From positions 110,522-174,521 of the forward strand of contig CBDCCZ010000044.1 of the NCBI GenBank assembly GCA_965215005.1: a stretch of DNA of 64,000 bases, in the 5' to 3' direction. The notes under the pieces are model-generated. The model saw only the letters and a program-made list of their open reading frames with translations. It did not search any database and was not told where the DNA came from. Positions 40,572 through 50,369 of this stretch are shown piece by piece; within the stretch, counting starts at the first letter, position 1; the number at the start of each line of letters is the position of its first letter. A program made the translations under genes and the position numbers. Origin of the DNA: Kofleriaceae bacterium (GTDB taxonomy: Bacteria; Myxococcota_A; Polyangia; Haliangiales; Haliangiaceae).

Positions 40572-43500
40572 GTGTCCGATCCCGTGCTCGCAGATGTGGT
40601 TGCTCGCGGCGATGACCCCGTAGCGATGCTACCCGACCTCGTATTACCGGCCGAGCTCGCGCAGCGCTTCGAGCTCCGGCGCCACCTCGGCGCGGGCGCG
40701 ATGGGCGCGGTCTATCACGTCTACGACCGCCGGCGCCGCGTCGACCTGGCGCTCAAGACGCTCCGCAGTTCCCACGCTTCCGGGTTGCGCCGCTTCAAGC
40801 GCGAGTTTCGCTCGCTGTCGGGTTTGGTGCACGACAACCTCGTCACCCTCTACGAGCTGCATACCAGCGACGACTTGTGGTTCTTCACCATGCAGTTGGT
40901 ACACGGCGGGGACCTGCTCGAGTTCTTGCGGCCCTATCGGCACCTGCTCGCGCGCGACCGCGAGTCGGGGCTCGCGCGTGGCAGCACGCAGGCGCGAGCG
41001 AGCGCGTCTGCCGATCCCGACTCGCTGCACACGATGACTGCGTTCGTCGAGCCTTCCTCGCTCACCGGTGCGCCGACGCTGGCGCTTTCGCCCACTCGCC
41101 GCGCGATCCGCGACGCCACGCTTCGCCTCGAGCACCTCAGGCCGGCGTTCACGCAGCTGATTCGCGGCTTGGCCGCGCTGCACGACGCGGGCAAGCTGCA
41201 CCTAGACGTCAAGCCGTCCAACGTGTTGGTCCAAGAGGATGGCCAGCTCTTATTGTGCGACTTTGGCCTCGTTGCCGAGCTTCAAGACAGCGGCGGAGCC
41301 GATCGCACCGTAAGTGGCACGCCGCGCTACATGGCTCCCGAGCAAGCCGCCGGAGAGTCGCTCACGCCTGCCTCGGATTTCTATGCCGCCGGCGTGATCC
41401 TCTATGAGCTCCTCACTGGCCATAGCCCCTTCGAGGGCGATGCCACGGAAATGATGCGGGCAAAGCGTCGCCGCGAGGCGCCGGCGCCCCAGGCCATCGC
41501 TCCTGAAATCGACCCCGACTTGGCGGCGCTGTGTCACGCGATGCTGCTGCGCGACCCGCGCCTGCGACCCTCGGCAACGAACATTCTCGAGGCGCTGCAG
41601 GGTCGTCGCAGCAGTCACGTCAAGCTGCCGCTGCCGGCGCCAACGGCAGCGGGTCCGGCGTTCATCGGCCGCCACGAACATCGCCGGGTGCTTCTCGAGC
41701 AGCTCGAGCGCGCCCGTAGTGGTGAGCCGACGGCCGCCTTCGTCTGCGGACGCTCGGGAATGGGCAAGAGCGTCTTGTGCGAGGAGTTTCTGCGTACCTC
41801 GGTTACCGAGCGCGACGCGTTGGTGCTGCACGGCCGCTGTTATGAGCGGGCCGTTGTGCCTTACAAGGCACTCGATGCGCTGGTCGACGAGCTCACGGGG
41901 CACCTTCTGCAGCTACCGCGCGAGGTCCGCAGCAAGCTGTTGCCGCCAGACGTCGACATCGTCGCACGTCTGTTTCCAGTCTTCGAAGAGGTCCTCGATG
42001 GCGAGGTGTCCGCCCCTCTAGAAGGTGACCGCCGCGACTTGCGACAACGCGCTTTTGCGGCGCTTCTCGAGCTCTTGCGACGCTTGTCAGCCGAGCGGCT
42101 GGTGATCCTGCACCTCGATGATTTGCAGTGGGGCGATCTCGACTCGGCGAGCTTTTTCACCGGCCTGTTTCACGCCGACGGCCCGATGGCGTTGCTGCTC
42201 CTGGCGAGCTATCGCAGCGAAGAGCGGGACTCGAGCCCGCTGCTGCAGGCCCTGCTAATGCCCGATGCGCCGAACTCGATCGCCGCGGCCGGACCCGAGC
42301 TCGAGGTCGCCGGGCTGCAGCCGGACGAGGCGCGCGAGCTGGTGCTGGCCGTGGTTGGCGCCGAGCACGGGTTTTCCGCGGCAACCATCGATGCGCTGCT
42401 GGCGGAGGCCGATGGGCATCCGTTCTTTCTCGCGGAGCTCGCCCAGGCGCGAGCGCAGCACGGCGCGGCATCGACGGCGCGAACTCTCGATGAGATGTTG
42501 GCGGCGCGTATCGCCGCGTTGCCTCACGAAGCGCGCGCGCTGCTCACGACCTGTGCGGTCGCGGGACGTCCCATGGCGATCTCGCTGGTGAGCCAAGCCG
42601 CAAACATCAAGAACGAGCCGGCGGCACTATCGCTGTTGCAGGCCGAACGCTTCTTGCGCAGTAGCGTGATCGATGAGGTCGAGGTGGTCGAGCCCTATCA
42701 CGACCGCGTGCGCGAGACCAGTGCATCGCTGATCGCAGGCGATGAGCTGCGGCATCTGCATCGGCGCATCGCCAGAGCGCTCGAGTGGGGCCAGGATAGC
42801 GAGCCGCACGCGCTCGTCGAGCACTGGATTGGCGCCGGCGATCGCCGCAAGGCGTGCCACTACGCGCAGCTCTGCGCGCAAAATGCCGAAAAGGCGCTGG
42901 CATTTGCACAAGCAGCGCACTACTACGGCGTCGCGCTCGAGCTCACCGCCGCCGACTCCGAAAGCATTCGCGTGTTGATGGTTCGGCGCGCCCATGCCCT
43001 GGCCAACGCTGGGTGTTTGCGCGAAGCGGCAACCACCTATCTCGAGGCCGCCGAAGACGCCGAGCTCGAGCTCGGCCAGGAGCTGCGAGTCCGGGCTGCC
43101 GAGCAGCTGATTCGATTCGGCGATATCAAAGAAGGCACCCAGCTAGCGGTGTCGGTGCTGGAGAAGGTAGGCATCGCGTTTCCCAAGTCGCGCTTGCGAG
43201 TCATCGCTGGCGTGCTTTGGCAGCGCGCCCGCCTGAAGCGGCGCGGATTTGCTTGGGAGCCCACGAGCACCGCGGCCATCGATCCAATGGTGTTGCGTCG
43301 GATCGATGCCTGCCAGGCTGTTGCCGGCGGTCTCTCCTTCGCGTTGCCGGTGTATGGCGCGTACTTTCACGCGCAGGAAATGCTTTGGGCGCTCGATGCC
43401 GGCGATCCGTACCGGGTGGGCGTGGCCATGAACTTCGAGATCGGCTTTCGCAGTCTTGTTGGCAAGAAGGCACGCGCCGAGGTCGCCACGATCGTGACCG

Positions 43501-44444
43501 AAACTCGCGCGCTGGCTGAGCAGCTCGGCAGCGCCGGTCTTGCCGGCTGGGCGCTGGGCGGCGGCGGGGTGTCACACTATCTAGCAGGCGAGTTCCCTCC
43601 AGCCTATGCCGACTGCCGCGATGCGGCGGTGCTGCTGCGTCAGGATGACCAGACCCACTTTCAGTGGCAGGCGCCGATCGTCGAGTGCTACAGCTACGCG
43701 GCGGCTATTTACCTCGGCAAGTTTCGCGAGCTCAGCAGGGTAGTGCCGGCGCGGCTGCGAGACGCGCTGGCGGCAAACGATCAATACAGCGCCCGCAGCT
43801 TGCGCGCGTGGCGAACCAACATCGTGTGGCTGGCGATGGGGCAGCCCGATGAGGCGTTGCAGCAGGCTCTCGCCGGCGCGCCGCAGAATGACGGCGAGTT
43901 CACGCTGCAGCACTTCTACGAGCTCACCACCCGCGCGCAGATCGAGCTTTACACGGGCGACACGCAGGCTGCGTGGGAACGCGTCGCAACGGCCTGGCGC
44001 AGAATTCGCCGAACGCTTCACCTGCGCATTCAAACGGTTCGAGTGCAGACGCATTATGTCGTAGCTTCCGCTGCGCTGGCACGTGCCGGTCAGCTCGAGA
44101 GCGGCGGCGAGCGACGCCGGCTGCTCGCGACGGCTCGCAAGCACTGCCGCGCGCTCGCCAAAGAAGACGCGCCGTGGGCGTGGGCCAAGTCCACGATGCT
44201 GGCAGGCCTCATCGCGTTAGCCGAGGGCAATCGCGACGCGGCCTGCGAGCAGCTCGCCGCAGCCGAGCAAGCCTTCGCTCGCGAGAGCATGTTCTTGCTC
44301 GAGCAGCTGGCTCGCCTTCGCCGTGGCCAGCTCATCGGCGGTGACGAAGGCAGTGAGCTCATCGCTACCGCACACGCGTGGATGGCCAGCGAAGCCATCG
44401 CCGAGCCCGAGCGGATGGCTGCCGTGTTCGCGCCCGTGCCCTAG
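40572..44444 (+). CDS. Hanks-type Ser/Thr kinase - STAND/AAA ATPase - TPR-like protein
   Basis: LGAGAMGAVY, ALK, HLDVKPSN, DFG, GTPRYMAPE; Walker A GRSGMGKS; Walker B LHLDDLQW; GHPFFL. Confidence 0.93.
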   Translation: MSDPVLADVVARGDDPVAMLPDLVLPAELAQRFELRRHLGAGAMGAVYHVYDRRRRVDLALKTLRSSHASGLRRFKREFRSLSGLVHDNLVTLYELHTSDDLWFFTMQLVHGGDLLEFLRPYRHLLARDRESGLARGSTQARASASADPDSLHTMTAFVEPSSLTGAPTLALSPTRRAIRDATLRLEHLRPAFTQLIRGLAALHDAGKLHLDVKPSNVLVQEDGQLLLCDFGLVAELQDSGGADRTVSGTPRYMAPEQAAGESLTPASDFYAAGVILYELLTGHSPFEGDATEMMRAKRRREAPAPQAIAPEIDPDLAALCHAMLLRDPRLRPSATNILEALQGRRSSHVKLPLPAPTAAGPAFIGRHEHRRVLLEQLERARSGEPTAAFVCGRSGMGKSVLCEEFLRTSVTERDALVLHGRCYERAVVPYKALDALVDELTGHLLQLPREVRSKLLPPDVDIVARLFPVFEEVLDGEVSAPLEGDRRDLRQRAFAALLELLRRLSAERLVILHLDDLQWGDLDSASFFTGLFHADGPMALLLLASYRSEERDSSPLLQALLMPDAPNSIAAAGPELEVAGLQPDEARELVLAVVGAEHGFSAATIDALLAEADGHPFFLAELAQARAQHGAASTARTLDEMLAARIAALPHEARALLTTCAVAGRPMAISLVSQAANIKNEPAALSLLQAERFLRSSVIDEVEVVEPYHDRVRETSASLIAGDELRHLHRRIARALEWGQDSEPHALVEHWIGAGDRRKACHYAQLCAQNAEKALAFAQAAHYYGVALELTAADSESIRVLMVRRAHALANAGCLREAATTYLEAAEDAELELGQELRVRAAEQLIRFGDIKEGTQLAVSVLEKVGIAFPKSRLRVIAGVLWQRARLKRRGFAWEPTSTAAIDPMVLRRIDACQAVAGGLSFALPVYGAYFHAQEMLWALDAGDPYRVGVAMNFEIGFRSLVGKKARAEVATIVTETRALAEQLGSAGLAGWALGGGGVSHYLAGEFPPAYADCRDAAVLLRQDDQTHFQWQAPIVECYSYAAAIYLGKFRELSRVVPARLRDALAANDQYSARSLRAWRTNIVWLAMGQPDEALQQALAGAPQNDGEFTLQHFYELTTRAQIELYTGDTQAAWERVATAWRRIRRTLHLRIQTVRVQTHYVVASAALARAGQLESGGERRRLLATARKHCRALAKEDAPWAWAKSTMLAGLIALAEGNRDAACEQLAAAEQAFARESMFLLEQLARLRRGQLIGGDEGSELIATAHAWMASEAIAEPERMAAVFAPVP

Positions 44445-45544
44445 CGTCCAGCGACGGCGGCGGGCGGAAGCTCGACGGCGGCGGGATCGATCGCAGGGAC
44501 AAAGCTCGGCAGCGCCGAGCTCGGGCGAGTCATGGTCATCGCGGCCTGCGCTGGAGCGGCCTGCGTTGGAGTGACCCGCGTCGGACTTATCGCGGCCGGC
44601 GTTGAAGTGGTCGGAGCCGGCGTTGGGATCGGAGCCGGCGTTGAGGTCGCGGCTGGCGTAGGCGTGGTTGCCGTAGGCGTGGTCGCGGCCGCGGGGCTGC
44701 CACCGGTTGGTGCCGCGCCGGCCACGGCCGCACCGTCAGCGAGCTGCGCTGGTGCCGTCGCCACGGGCAAGGCTGCCTTTGAATCAGCAGCAACCTCGCT
44801 GCCGTCGTCTCCCCACGGCGTCTGCGGCGACGGACGCACGAACACGAACTCGACGCGGCGATTCTTTGCTCTGCCGTCGGCAGTGTCGTTGGCGACCAGA
44901 GGGCGCATATCCGCGTACCCGGCGACGCCGACGCGGTCGGGCTTCACCGAGCCGTTGCCGACGAGGTACCGCATCGCTGCGGTTGCACGAGCCGTGGAAA
45001 GCTCCCAGTTAGACGGGTAGCGCAGCGTGTGGATCGGCGTGTCATCGGTGTGGCCCTCGATCATCATCGCGTACGGCATTTTCTCGGCAATCTCGCCGAT
45101 GGCGTCGAGCGTTTGTGCACCGAGCTCTTCAACCTCGGCGGCGCCGCTGCCAAACAACGCGTGGCCCTTGACGCGAACGATGACCCCGCGCCCGCTGAGC
45201 TCGGCCTCGACTCGATCATCGAGCCCTTTGCTGTCGATGACCGACTTGACCTGCTCGAGGAGCTGCATCTCTTCGAGCACCTGCATCTGCTGCGAGGAGA
45301 ACGTGTCGGAGAGCTCGATGGGCGAGGTCGACAGCGCCATGAAATCGCCCGGCGAGGCCGAGACCACGCCGAGCGCGTCTTTGACCGAACCAAGCGCCAT
45401 GCGGAACTTGGTCACGTCCATGTTGGCGAACGATAGCAGCAGCACGAAGAAGGTGAGGAGGAGGGTGGCGAGGTCGGCGAACGTCGCCATCCACGCCGCA
45501 TCACCACCGCCGCCTTCGTCATCATCTTCCAAATCCATGCTCAC
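44441..45544 (-). CDS. motB: Flagellar-type stator B subunit (MotB/PomB-like) with OmpA domain and Pro/Ala/Thr-rich tail
   Basis: WMATFADLATLLLTFFVLLLSF plug/TM; EGHTDD.P, SNWELSTARA, KNRRVE. Confidence 0.9.
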   Translation of the reverse strand: MSMDLEDDDEGGGGDAAWMATFADLATLLLTFFVLLLSFANMDVTKFRMALGSVKDALGVVSASPGDFMALSTSPIELSDTFSSQQMQVLEEMQLLEQVKSVIDSKGLDDRVEAELSGRGVIVRVKGHALFGSGAAEVEELGAQTLDAIGEIAEKMPYAMMIEGHTDDTPIHTLRYPSNWELSTARATAAMRYLVGNGSVKPDRVGVAGYADMRPLVANDTADGRAKNRRVEFVFVRPSPQTPWGDDGSEVAADSKAALPVATAPAQLADGAAVAGAAPTGGSPAAATTPTATTPTPAATSTPAPIPTPAPTTSTPAAISPTRVTPTQAAPAQAAMTMTRPSSALPSFVPAIDPAAVELPPAAVAGR

Positions 45545-45556
45545 GGGCGGCTCCCT

Positions 45557-46321
45557 TTACTTGCTCTCGGCGTTGGCGGTACGCGCTTTGGGCGCCAAAA
45601 AGCCCTCGAGCTTTTCCTGCACGATGCGGGCGTTCTCGCCCTTGAGAATCGAATCGAGCCCCTCGACGATCACGGCCATGTTGGCGGCTTCTTCGGCCGA
45701 ACGGTGGCCGAGCTTTTCCGCGATCGGGGTGCAAATGACGAATGCCAATATGGCGCCGTACAAGGTGGTGAGCAGCGCCACCGCCATCGCCGGTCCGATT
45801 GCCGACGGATCATCGAGCGCCTGGAGCATCTGCACGAGGCCGATGAGCGTGCCGATCATGCCCATCGAGGGGCCGCTCGCCGCCGCGAAGCGAAACATCT
45901 GCGCGCCGCGCTTATGCCGCGCTTTGAGCGCGATGAGCTCCGCCCGCATCGTTGCTTGGACCTCGTCGGGAGGAATGCCGTCCACCGCCAGTCGCACACC
46001 TTTGGCCAGGAACGGATTTTCAATCGTCTGATTTTCGAGCGCGAGGAGGCCTTCCTTACGAACCACCACCGCGAGGTCAGCGATGAGCTTGATGGTGTCC
46101 TCGATGTGCGGGCTCTTGTTGAAGAACGCATTCATCGCGACCTTGAAGCCGTTGATCACGTTGGGCAGCTTCTCGGCCATCAACGTCACGCAGGCGGTGC
46201 CGCCGAACACGATGATCATGCTGGCGGGGTCGATGAACGACGAGAGTGGGCTGCCGATCATGATCGCGACGAGAATCATCGCCAGCCCGAGAACAAAACC
46301 TACGACGGTACCGATATCCAT
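45557..46321 (-). CDS. motA: Flagellar-type stator A subunit (MotA/PomA-like)
   Basis: MDIGTVVG, FIDPASMIIVFGGT, RKEGLLALE, PSMGMIGTLIGLVQML, IGPAMAVALLTTLYG, GENAR. Confidence 0.92.
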   Translation of the reverse strand: MDIGTVVGFVLGLAMILVAIMIGSPLSSFIDPASMIIVFGGTACVTLMAEKLPNVINGFKVAMNAFFNKSPHIEDTIKLIADLAVVVRKEGLLALENQTIENPFLAKGVRLAVDGIPPDEVQATMRAELIALKARHKRGAQMFRFAAASGPSMGMIGTLIGLVQMLQALDDPSAIGPAMAVALLTTLYGAILAFVICTPIAEKLGHRSAEEAANMAVIVEGLDSILKGENARIVQEKLEGFLAPKARTANAESK

Positions 46322-46417
46322 GGTTGCCTCTTGCCCAGCTTGGATCGGCCACTTGCGGCATTCTTTTAGCGGGTGAGTCTTTGCCCACTGCCGGCACCGA
46401 CGTACGATGCTTCCTCA

Positions 46418-47920
46418 ATGAGCTGCCGCCAACGCATCGCCTCTTTGCTGCTGCTCGTCGTCGCAAGCTGCGGCGGCGCCCCGCGCGCTCCTACCTCTAC
46501 GAACAACTCGTCACCACCACCCACTATGACCAACTCGTCACCACCACCCACGCCGACGTCTGCCCAGGCTCCGGTAGCAACGCCTTGGGCCGATGCCTAT
46601 CGAGCCTCGGCTTCGCGCATCATCGCCGCCGCCACGGCAAACGATGCCGCGTATCAGAAGCTCGCCTACCTCTCCGACCATATCGGCGCTCGACTCAGCG
46701 GCTCTGAAGAGCTCGAGCGAGCGCTCGCGTGGGCTCTCGAGACTCTAAAAGCCGATGGCCATGAAAACGTCGCCCGGCAGGACGTGATGGTTCCGCATTG
46801 GGTGCGCGGCCAAGAATCGGCGGAGCTCCTCACTCCGGTGCGCACGCCGCTGCACGTGCTCGGGCTTGGAATGGCCGTTGGCACCGGCCCGCAAGGCATC
46901 ACCAGCGAGGTGGTCGTGGTCGATAGTTGGCAAGCGCTCGAGGCGTTGGGCGAGGCTGCCAAGGGCAAAGTCGTGCTGTTCAACACGCCGATGCCGGCGC
47001 ACGACGGAGACAACGCCGATGCCGGCTACGAGAAGGTCGTTGACTATCGCGTCATCGGCCCGTCGGCCGCCGCCAAGCTCGGCGCTCGCGCCGCGCTCAT
47101 CCGTTCCGTCACCACTCATAGCCTGCGCTCCCCGCACACCGGAACGCTCTTCTATAAAGAAGGAGCGCCGAAGATCCCAGCGTTTGCAGTCGCTACGGAA
47201 GACGCAGACCTGATCGCTCGCCTAGCCGCCGAAGGACCGGTGAGCGTGCGGTTGCGCTCGACCGCGAAGCTTCTTCCCGAGGCTCGTTCGGGCAATGTCA
47301 TCGCCGAGCTGCGCGGACGCGAGCGACCCGAGGAGGTCGTGGTGTTGGCGGCGCACATCGACTCGTGGGACGTGGGGCAGGGCGCGCACGATGACGGCGC
47401 CGGAGTGGTCATCATGATGCAGGCGCTATCGGTGTTGCGAGCGCTGGGACTCGAGCCGAGGCGCACGATTCGCGTCGTGCTCTACACCAACGAAGAAAAC
47501 GGCAGCCGCGGCGCTGCCGGCTACGTCGCCGCTCATGAAGACGAGCTCGCGAGCCACGTCATGGCGATCGAATCCGACGGTGGCGGTTTCGCGTGGCAAG
47601 GCTTTCTCGTTCAGGATCATCCGCAGGCGGAGGTCGAGCTGCGGGATCTCGTCACGCTGCTGGGCGAGCTCGGGCCGGCCAAGGTGAAGGCTGGCTATTC
47701 AGGCGCGGATATCCAGCTGCTCGCCAAGCGTGGTATTCCCACGCTCGGTCTCTGGGTCGACACCTCCACCTACTTCGATATCCACCACACCCATGCCGAC
47801 ACTCTCGACAAGGTCGATCCGCAAGACCTGGCGCGAAACGTGGCGGCGGTGGCGGTGCTTGCCTTTGCAGTCGCCGATCGCCCCGATCGTTTGGGAGGCG
47901 AGCCCGCAGCGCGTAAGTGA
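46418..47920 (+). CDS. M28-family peptidase (carboxypeptidase Q-like) lipoprotein
   Basis: Lipobox VASC; IGARLSGS, PA domain, AHIDSWDVGQGAHDDGAG, NEENG, ESDGG, HHTHADT. Confidence 0.92.
   Translation: MSCRQRIASLLLLVVASCGGAPRAPTSTNNSSPPPTMTNSSPPPTPTSAQAPVATPWADAYRASASRIIAAATANDAAYQKLAYLSDHIGARLSGSEELERALAWALETLKADGHENVARQDVMVPHWVRGQESAELLTPVRTPLHVLGLGMAVGTGPQGITSEVVVVDSWQALEALGEAAKGKVVLFNTPMPAHDGDNADAGYEKVVDYRVIGPSAAAKLGARAALIRSVTTHSLRSPHTGTLFYKEGAPKIPAFAVATEDADLIARLAAEGPVSVRLRSTAKLLPEARSGNVIAELRGRERPEEVVVLAAHIDSWDVGQGAHDDGAGVVIMMQALSVLRALGLEPRRTIRVVLYTNEENGSRGAAGYVAAHEDELASHVMAIESDGGGFAWQGFLVQDHPQAEVELRDLVTLLGELGPAKVKAGYSGADIQLLAKRGIPTLGLWVDTSTYFDIHHTHADTLDKVDPQDLARNVAAVAVLAFAVADRPDRLGGEPAARK
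46504..46551 (+). repeat. 27-bp-period tandem duplication encoding NSSPPPT twice
   Basis: CAACTCGTCACCACCACCCAC at 46504 and 46531. Confidence 0.85.
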
Positions 47921-48480
47921 AGTCGCTGCTTCTCCACGGGCTCCCGCAACTCGCTCGGCTGCTCGGCAAGCCGCTGCAGGAATCAGCGTTGTTGGCGCCC
48001 GCCGATGCGATCGTGGTGCTCGGGTCGCCGCCGCGCCCCGATGGCCGCCCCACGCTGGTGCTCGGCGAGCGCGTGGCGGCAGCATGTGAGCTCTTTGCAC
48101 GAGGTGTGGCGCCGCTGGTGTGCGTCACCGGCGGCGGCCTGGCCGGTCGTAACGAAGCCGACGCCATGGCCGCGGCGGCGCGTGCGCGCGGGATTCCAGA
48201 CGCCGCGCTGCTGCTCGAGCGCCGCGCCACCAATACGCTGGAAAACGCGCGTCTGTGCGCGCCACTGCTCCGCGCTCGGGGAGTGCGTTCGCTGTGGGTG
48301 GTGACGCAGCCATTTCATACGCGCCGCGCTGCGTATTGCTTTCGTCGCCAAGGCTTCGAGGTTCGCGCCTGGCACATCGAGGGCCTTCAGCAACGCAGCC
48401 CTCGCAGCGCTATGCGTTGGCAGCTGCGTGAGTACGCCGCTTGGCTCGTCCTCGGGGTACGCATCGTCCTCGCCGGGTAA
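47917..48480 (+). CDS. YdcF/ElyC (DUF218) family protein
   Basis: ADAIVVLG, VTGG, EADAM, ATNTLENA, VVTQPFHTRRA. Confidence 0.9.
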   Translation: MKSLLLHGLPQLARLLGKPLQESALLAPADAIVVLGSPPRPDGRPTLVLGERVAAACELFARGVAPLVCVTGGGLAGRNEADAMAAAARARGIPDAALLLERRATNTLENARLCAPLLRARGVRSLWVVTQPFHTRRAAYCFRRQGFEVRAWHIEGLQQRSPRSAMRWQLREYAAWLVLGVRIVLAG

Positions 48481-48593
48481 TCCGTCGCGTCATCGCCTTG
48501 GCAGCGGTCGGGAGCGCCTTCTGCATGCGGGGTTGCGCATCGGGGGATTCAGCGAGAAGCTCAGCGCTTGCCTGCAATCTGCGTGAGAGGCTC

Positions 48594-50282
48594 ATGTTGA
48601 AGTTCAGCCACGACCCGGACCTCGCCGAACAGCAAATGTGCGCCATCATCTTCTACTTGACGGCGTTTGGTTACATCGATGGCGACTTCGATCGCGCCGA
48701 GCAGAGCTTCGTGCGGGTTTACATCCGGCAGCTCGTCGAGGCGCGGGCTGCGGAGGCGCTGCCCGCCGCGGCCGCGGAGGTTCGCGAGGAAGTCATCGGC
48801 AAGTTCGTGACGCACTTCTTAGAGGTGTTCGAGCAGATTGATCGCGAGATTCGCTCGCTCTTCACCGAGATGGTGGCGCACGACGAGAACGTCGATGAGT
48901 TCGTCTACGCCAAGCTCAAGCTGCGCAGCTACGAGATCTTTCAGAGCTTTGACGAAGACAATCAGCGCGAGCTTCTTGCTACCGCTCGTGAGCTCATCGC
49001 CGCCGATGGGCAGGTGCATCCGGCGGAGGCGCGGTTTCGCGATGAGGTCGAGGCGCTACTCGCCAGCGTCGAGCCTCTCGATGAGTCAGATATTCAACCC
49101 ATCGAGGCGACGGTCGAGATCGATCTTCCCACGCCGCTTCTCCCCAAGCACGACAACCATCCGTTTTTTGCCCGCTTCGAAGAGCACTACTCGAGCGACC
49201 CGGTGCGCATTCGCAAGCAAGCCGAAGCCGACCACTCGCTCATCATGCGGGCGATGGACGTGCTGGCGGAGCAGCGGTCGCGCGGGGCTGGAAAACTGGC
49301 CGGGCGCCGCGATGTCGGAGAGCTTGCGGCCGAGAGCCCGTTTCTCGACGGCCACATCTATGTCCACCCTGCGGGCGAAGGGGAGTACGAGCTCATCGTG
49401 CTGGGCGATTTGCACGGCTGTTACTCCAACCTCAAAGCGGCGTTGATGCAGTCGGACTTCTTCGCCAAGGTCGAGGCGTATCGCCTCGATCCGGTTGGGC
49501 AGCCCAACCCCAAGCTGATCCTCCTAGGCGACTACATCGACCGTGGCCGGTTTAGCTACAACGGGGTGCTGCGGACGGTGTTGCAGCTTCTCTGCACTGC
49601 ACCGGAGCATGTCTACGTACTGCGCGGCAACCACGAATATTATGTCGAGTATCGCGGGCGCATCTACGGCGGTGTCAAGCCGGCCGAAGCCATCAACACG
49701 CTGATGCGCTACATGCCGGCAGAGATGTTCGAGGCGTATCGCAATCTCTTCGAGGCCCTGCCGAGCGCGCTCCTCTTCGACCGCATTCTCTTCGTCCATG
49801 CGGGCATTCCGCGGGAAAGCGCCATCGCGGCCAAGTACGTCGATCTCTCCTCGCTCAATGATCCCGATCTGCGCTTCCAGATGATGTGGAGCGATCCCAG
49901 CCAAGCCGGCTACATTCCCGCTGAGCTGCAGGACGAGAACGCCCGGTTTCCATTTGGCCGGGTGCAGTTCGAGCGCTTCATGGCCACTCTCGGCTGCACC
50001 ACCATGGTGCGCGGACACGAGAAGATTCTCGAGGGCTTTCGCTCGGTCTATCCAAGTTCGCCGGTCAAGCTTCTGAGCTTGTTCTCCGCCGGTGGCGCCG
50101 ACAACGACGACTTGCCCGCCGATTCTAGCTACCGTGAAGTGCGGCCAATGGCGATGACGCTGCGGATCCTCGGCGGCGCGATGAAGGTGGCTCCGTGGGA
50201 GATCGACTATCACCGTTATAACGATCCCACTCGCAATGCCTTCTTTGCCAGCAAGCCCGAAATCGAGCACCGTACCGACTGA
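48594..50282 (+). CDS. TerB-like domain fused to PPP-family (calcineurin-like) phosphatase
   Basis: GYIDGDFDRAE and IAADGQVHPAE TerB-type motifs; GDLHG, GDYIDRG, LRGNHE, VHAG, WSDP, RGHE. Confidence 0.85.
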   Translation: MLKFSHDPDLAEQQMCAIIFYLTAFGYIDGDFDRAEQSFVRVYIRQLVEARAAEALPAAAAEVREEVIGKFVTHFLEVFEQIDREIRSLFTEMVAHDENVDEFVYAKLKLRSYEIFQSFDEDNQRELLATARELIAADGQVHPAEARFRDEVEALLASVEPLDESDIQPIEATVEIDLPTPLLPKHDNHPFFARFEEHYSSDPVRIRKQAEADHSLIMRAMDVLAEQRSRGAGKLAGRRDVGELAAESPFLDGHIYVHPAGEGEYELIVLGDLHGCYSNLKAALMQSDFFAKVEAYRLDPVGQPNPKLILLGDYIDRGRFSYNGVLRTVLQLLCTAPEHVYVLRGNHEYYVEYRGRIYGGVKPAEAINTLMRYMPAEMFEAYRNLFEALPSALLFDRILFVHAGIPRESAIAAKYVDLSSLNDPDLRFQMMWSDPSQAGYIPAELQDENARFPFGRVQFERFMATLGCTTMVRGHEKILEGFRSVYPSSPVKLLSLFSAGGADNDDLPADSSYREVRPMAMTLRILGGAMKVAPWEIDYHRYNDPTRNAFFASKPEIEHRTD

Positions 50283-50369
50283 GCAATTGGACGCGGATGC
50301 GGGCATTGGCGCTGCCGTTGGGTAGCCAGTGACCGTGCCCGTCGCTGTTGCGGTCGAGCAGGAGTCAAA

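Noticed and set aside
44441..46321. Zorya ZorA/ZorB defence motor
   Set aside because: MotA is 254 aa with flagellar-type motifs and no long ZorA tail; no zorC/D/E nearby
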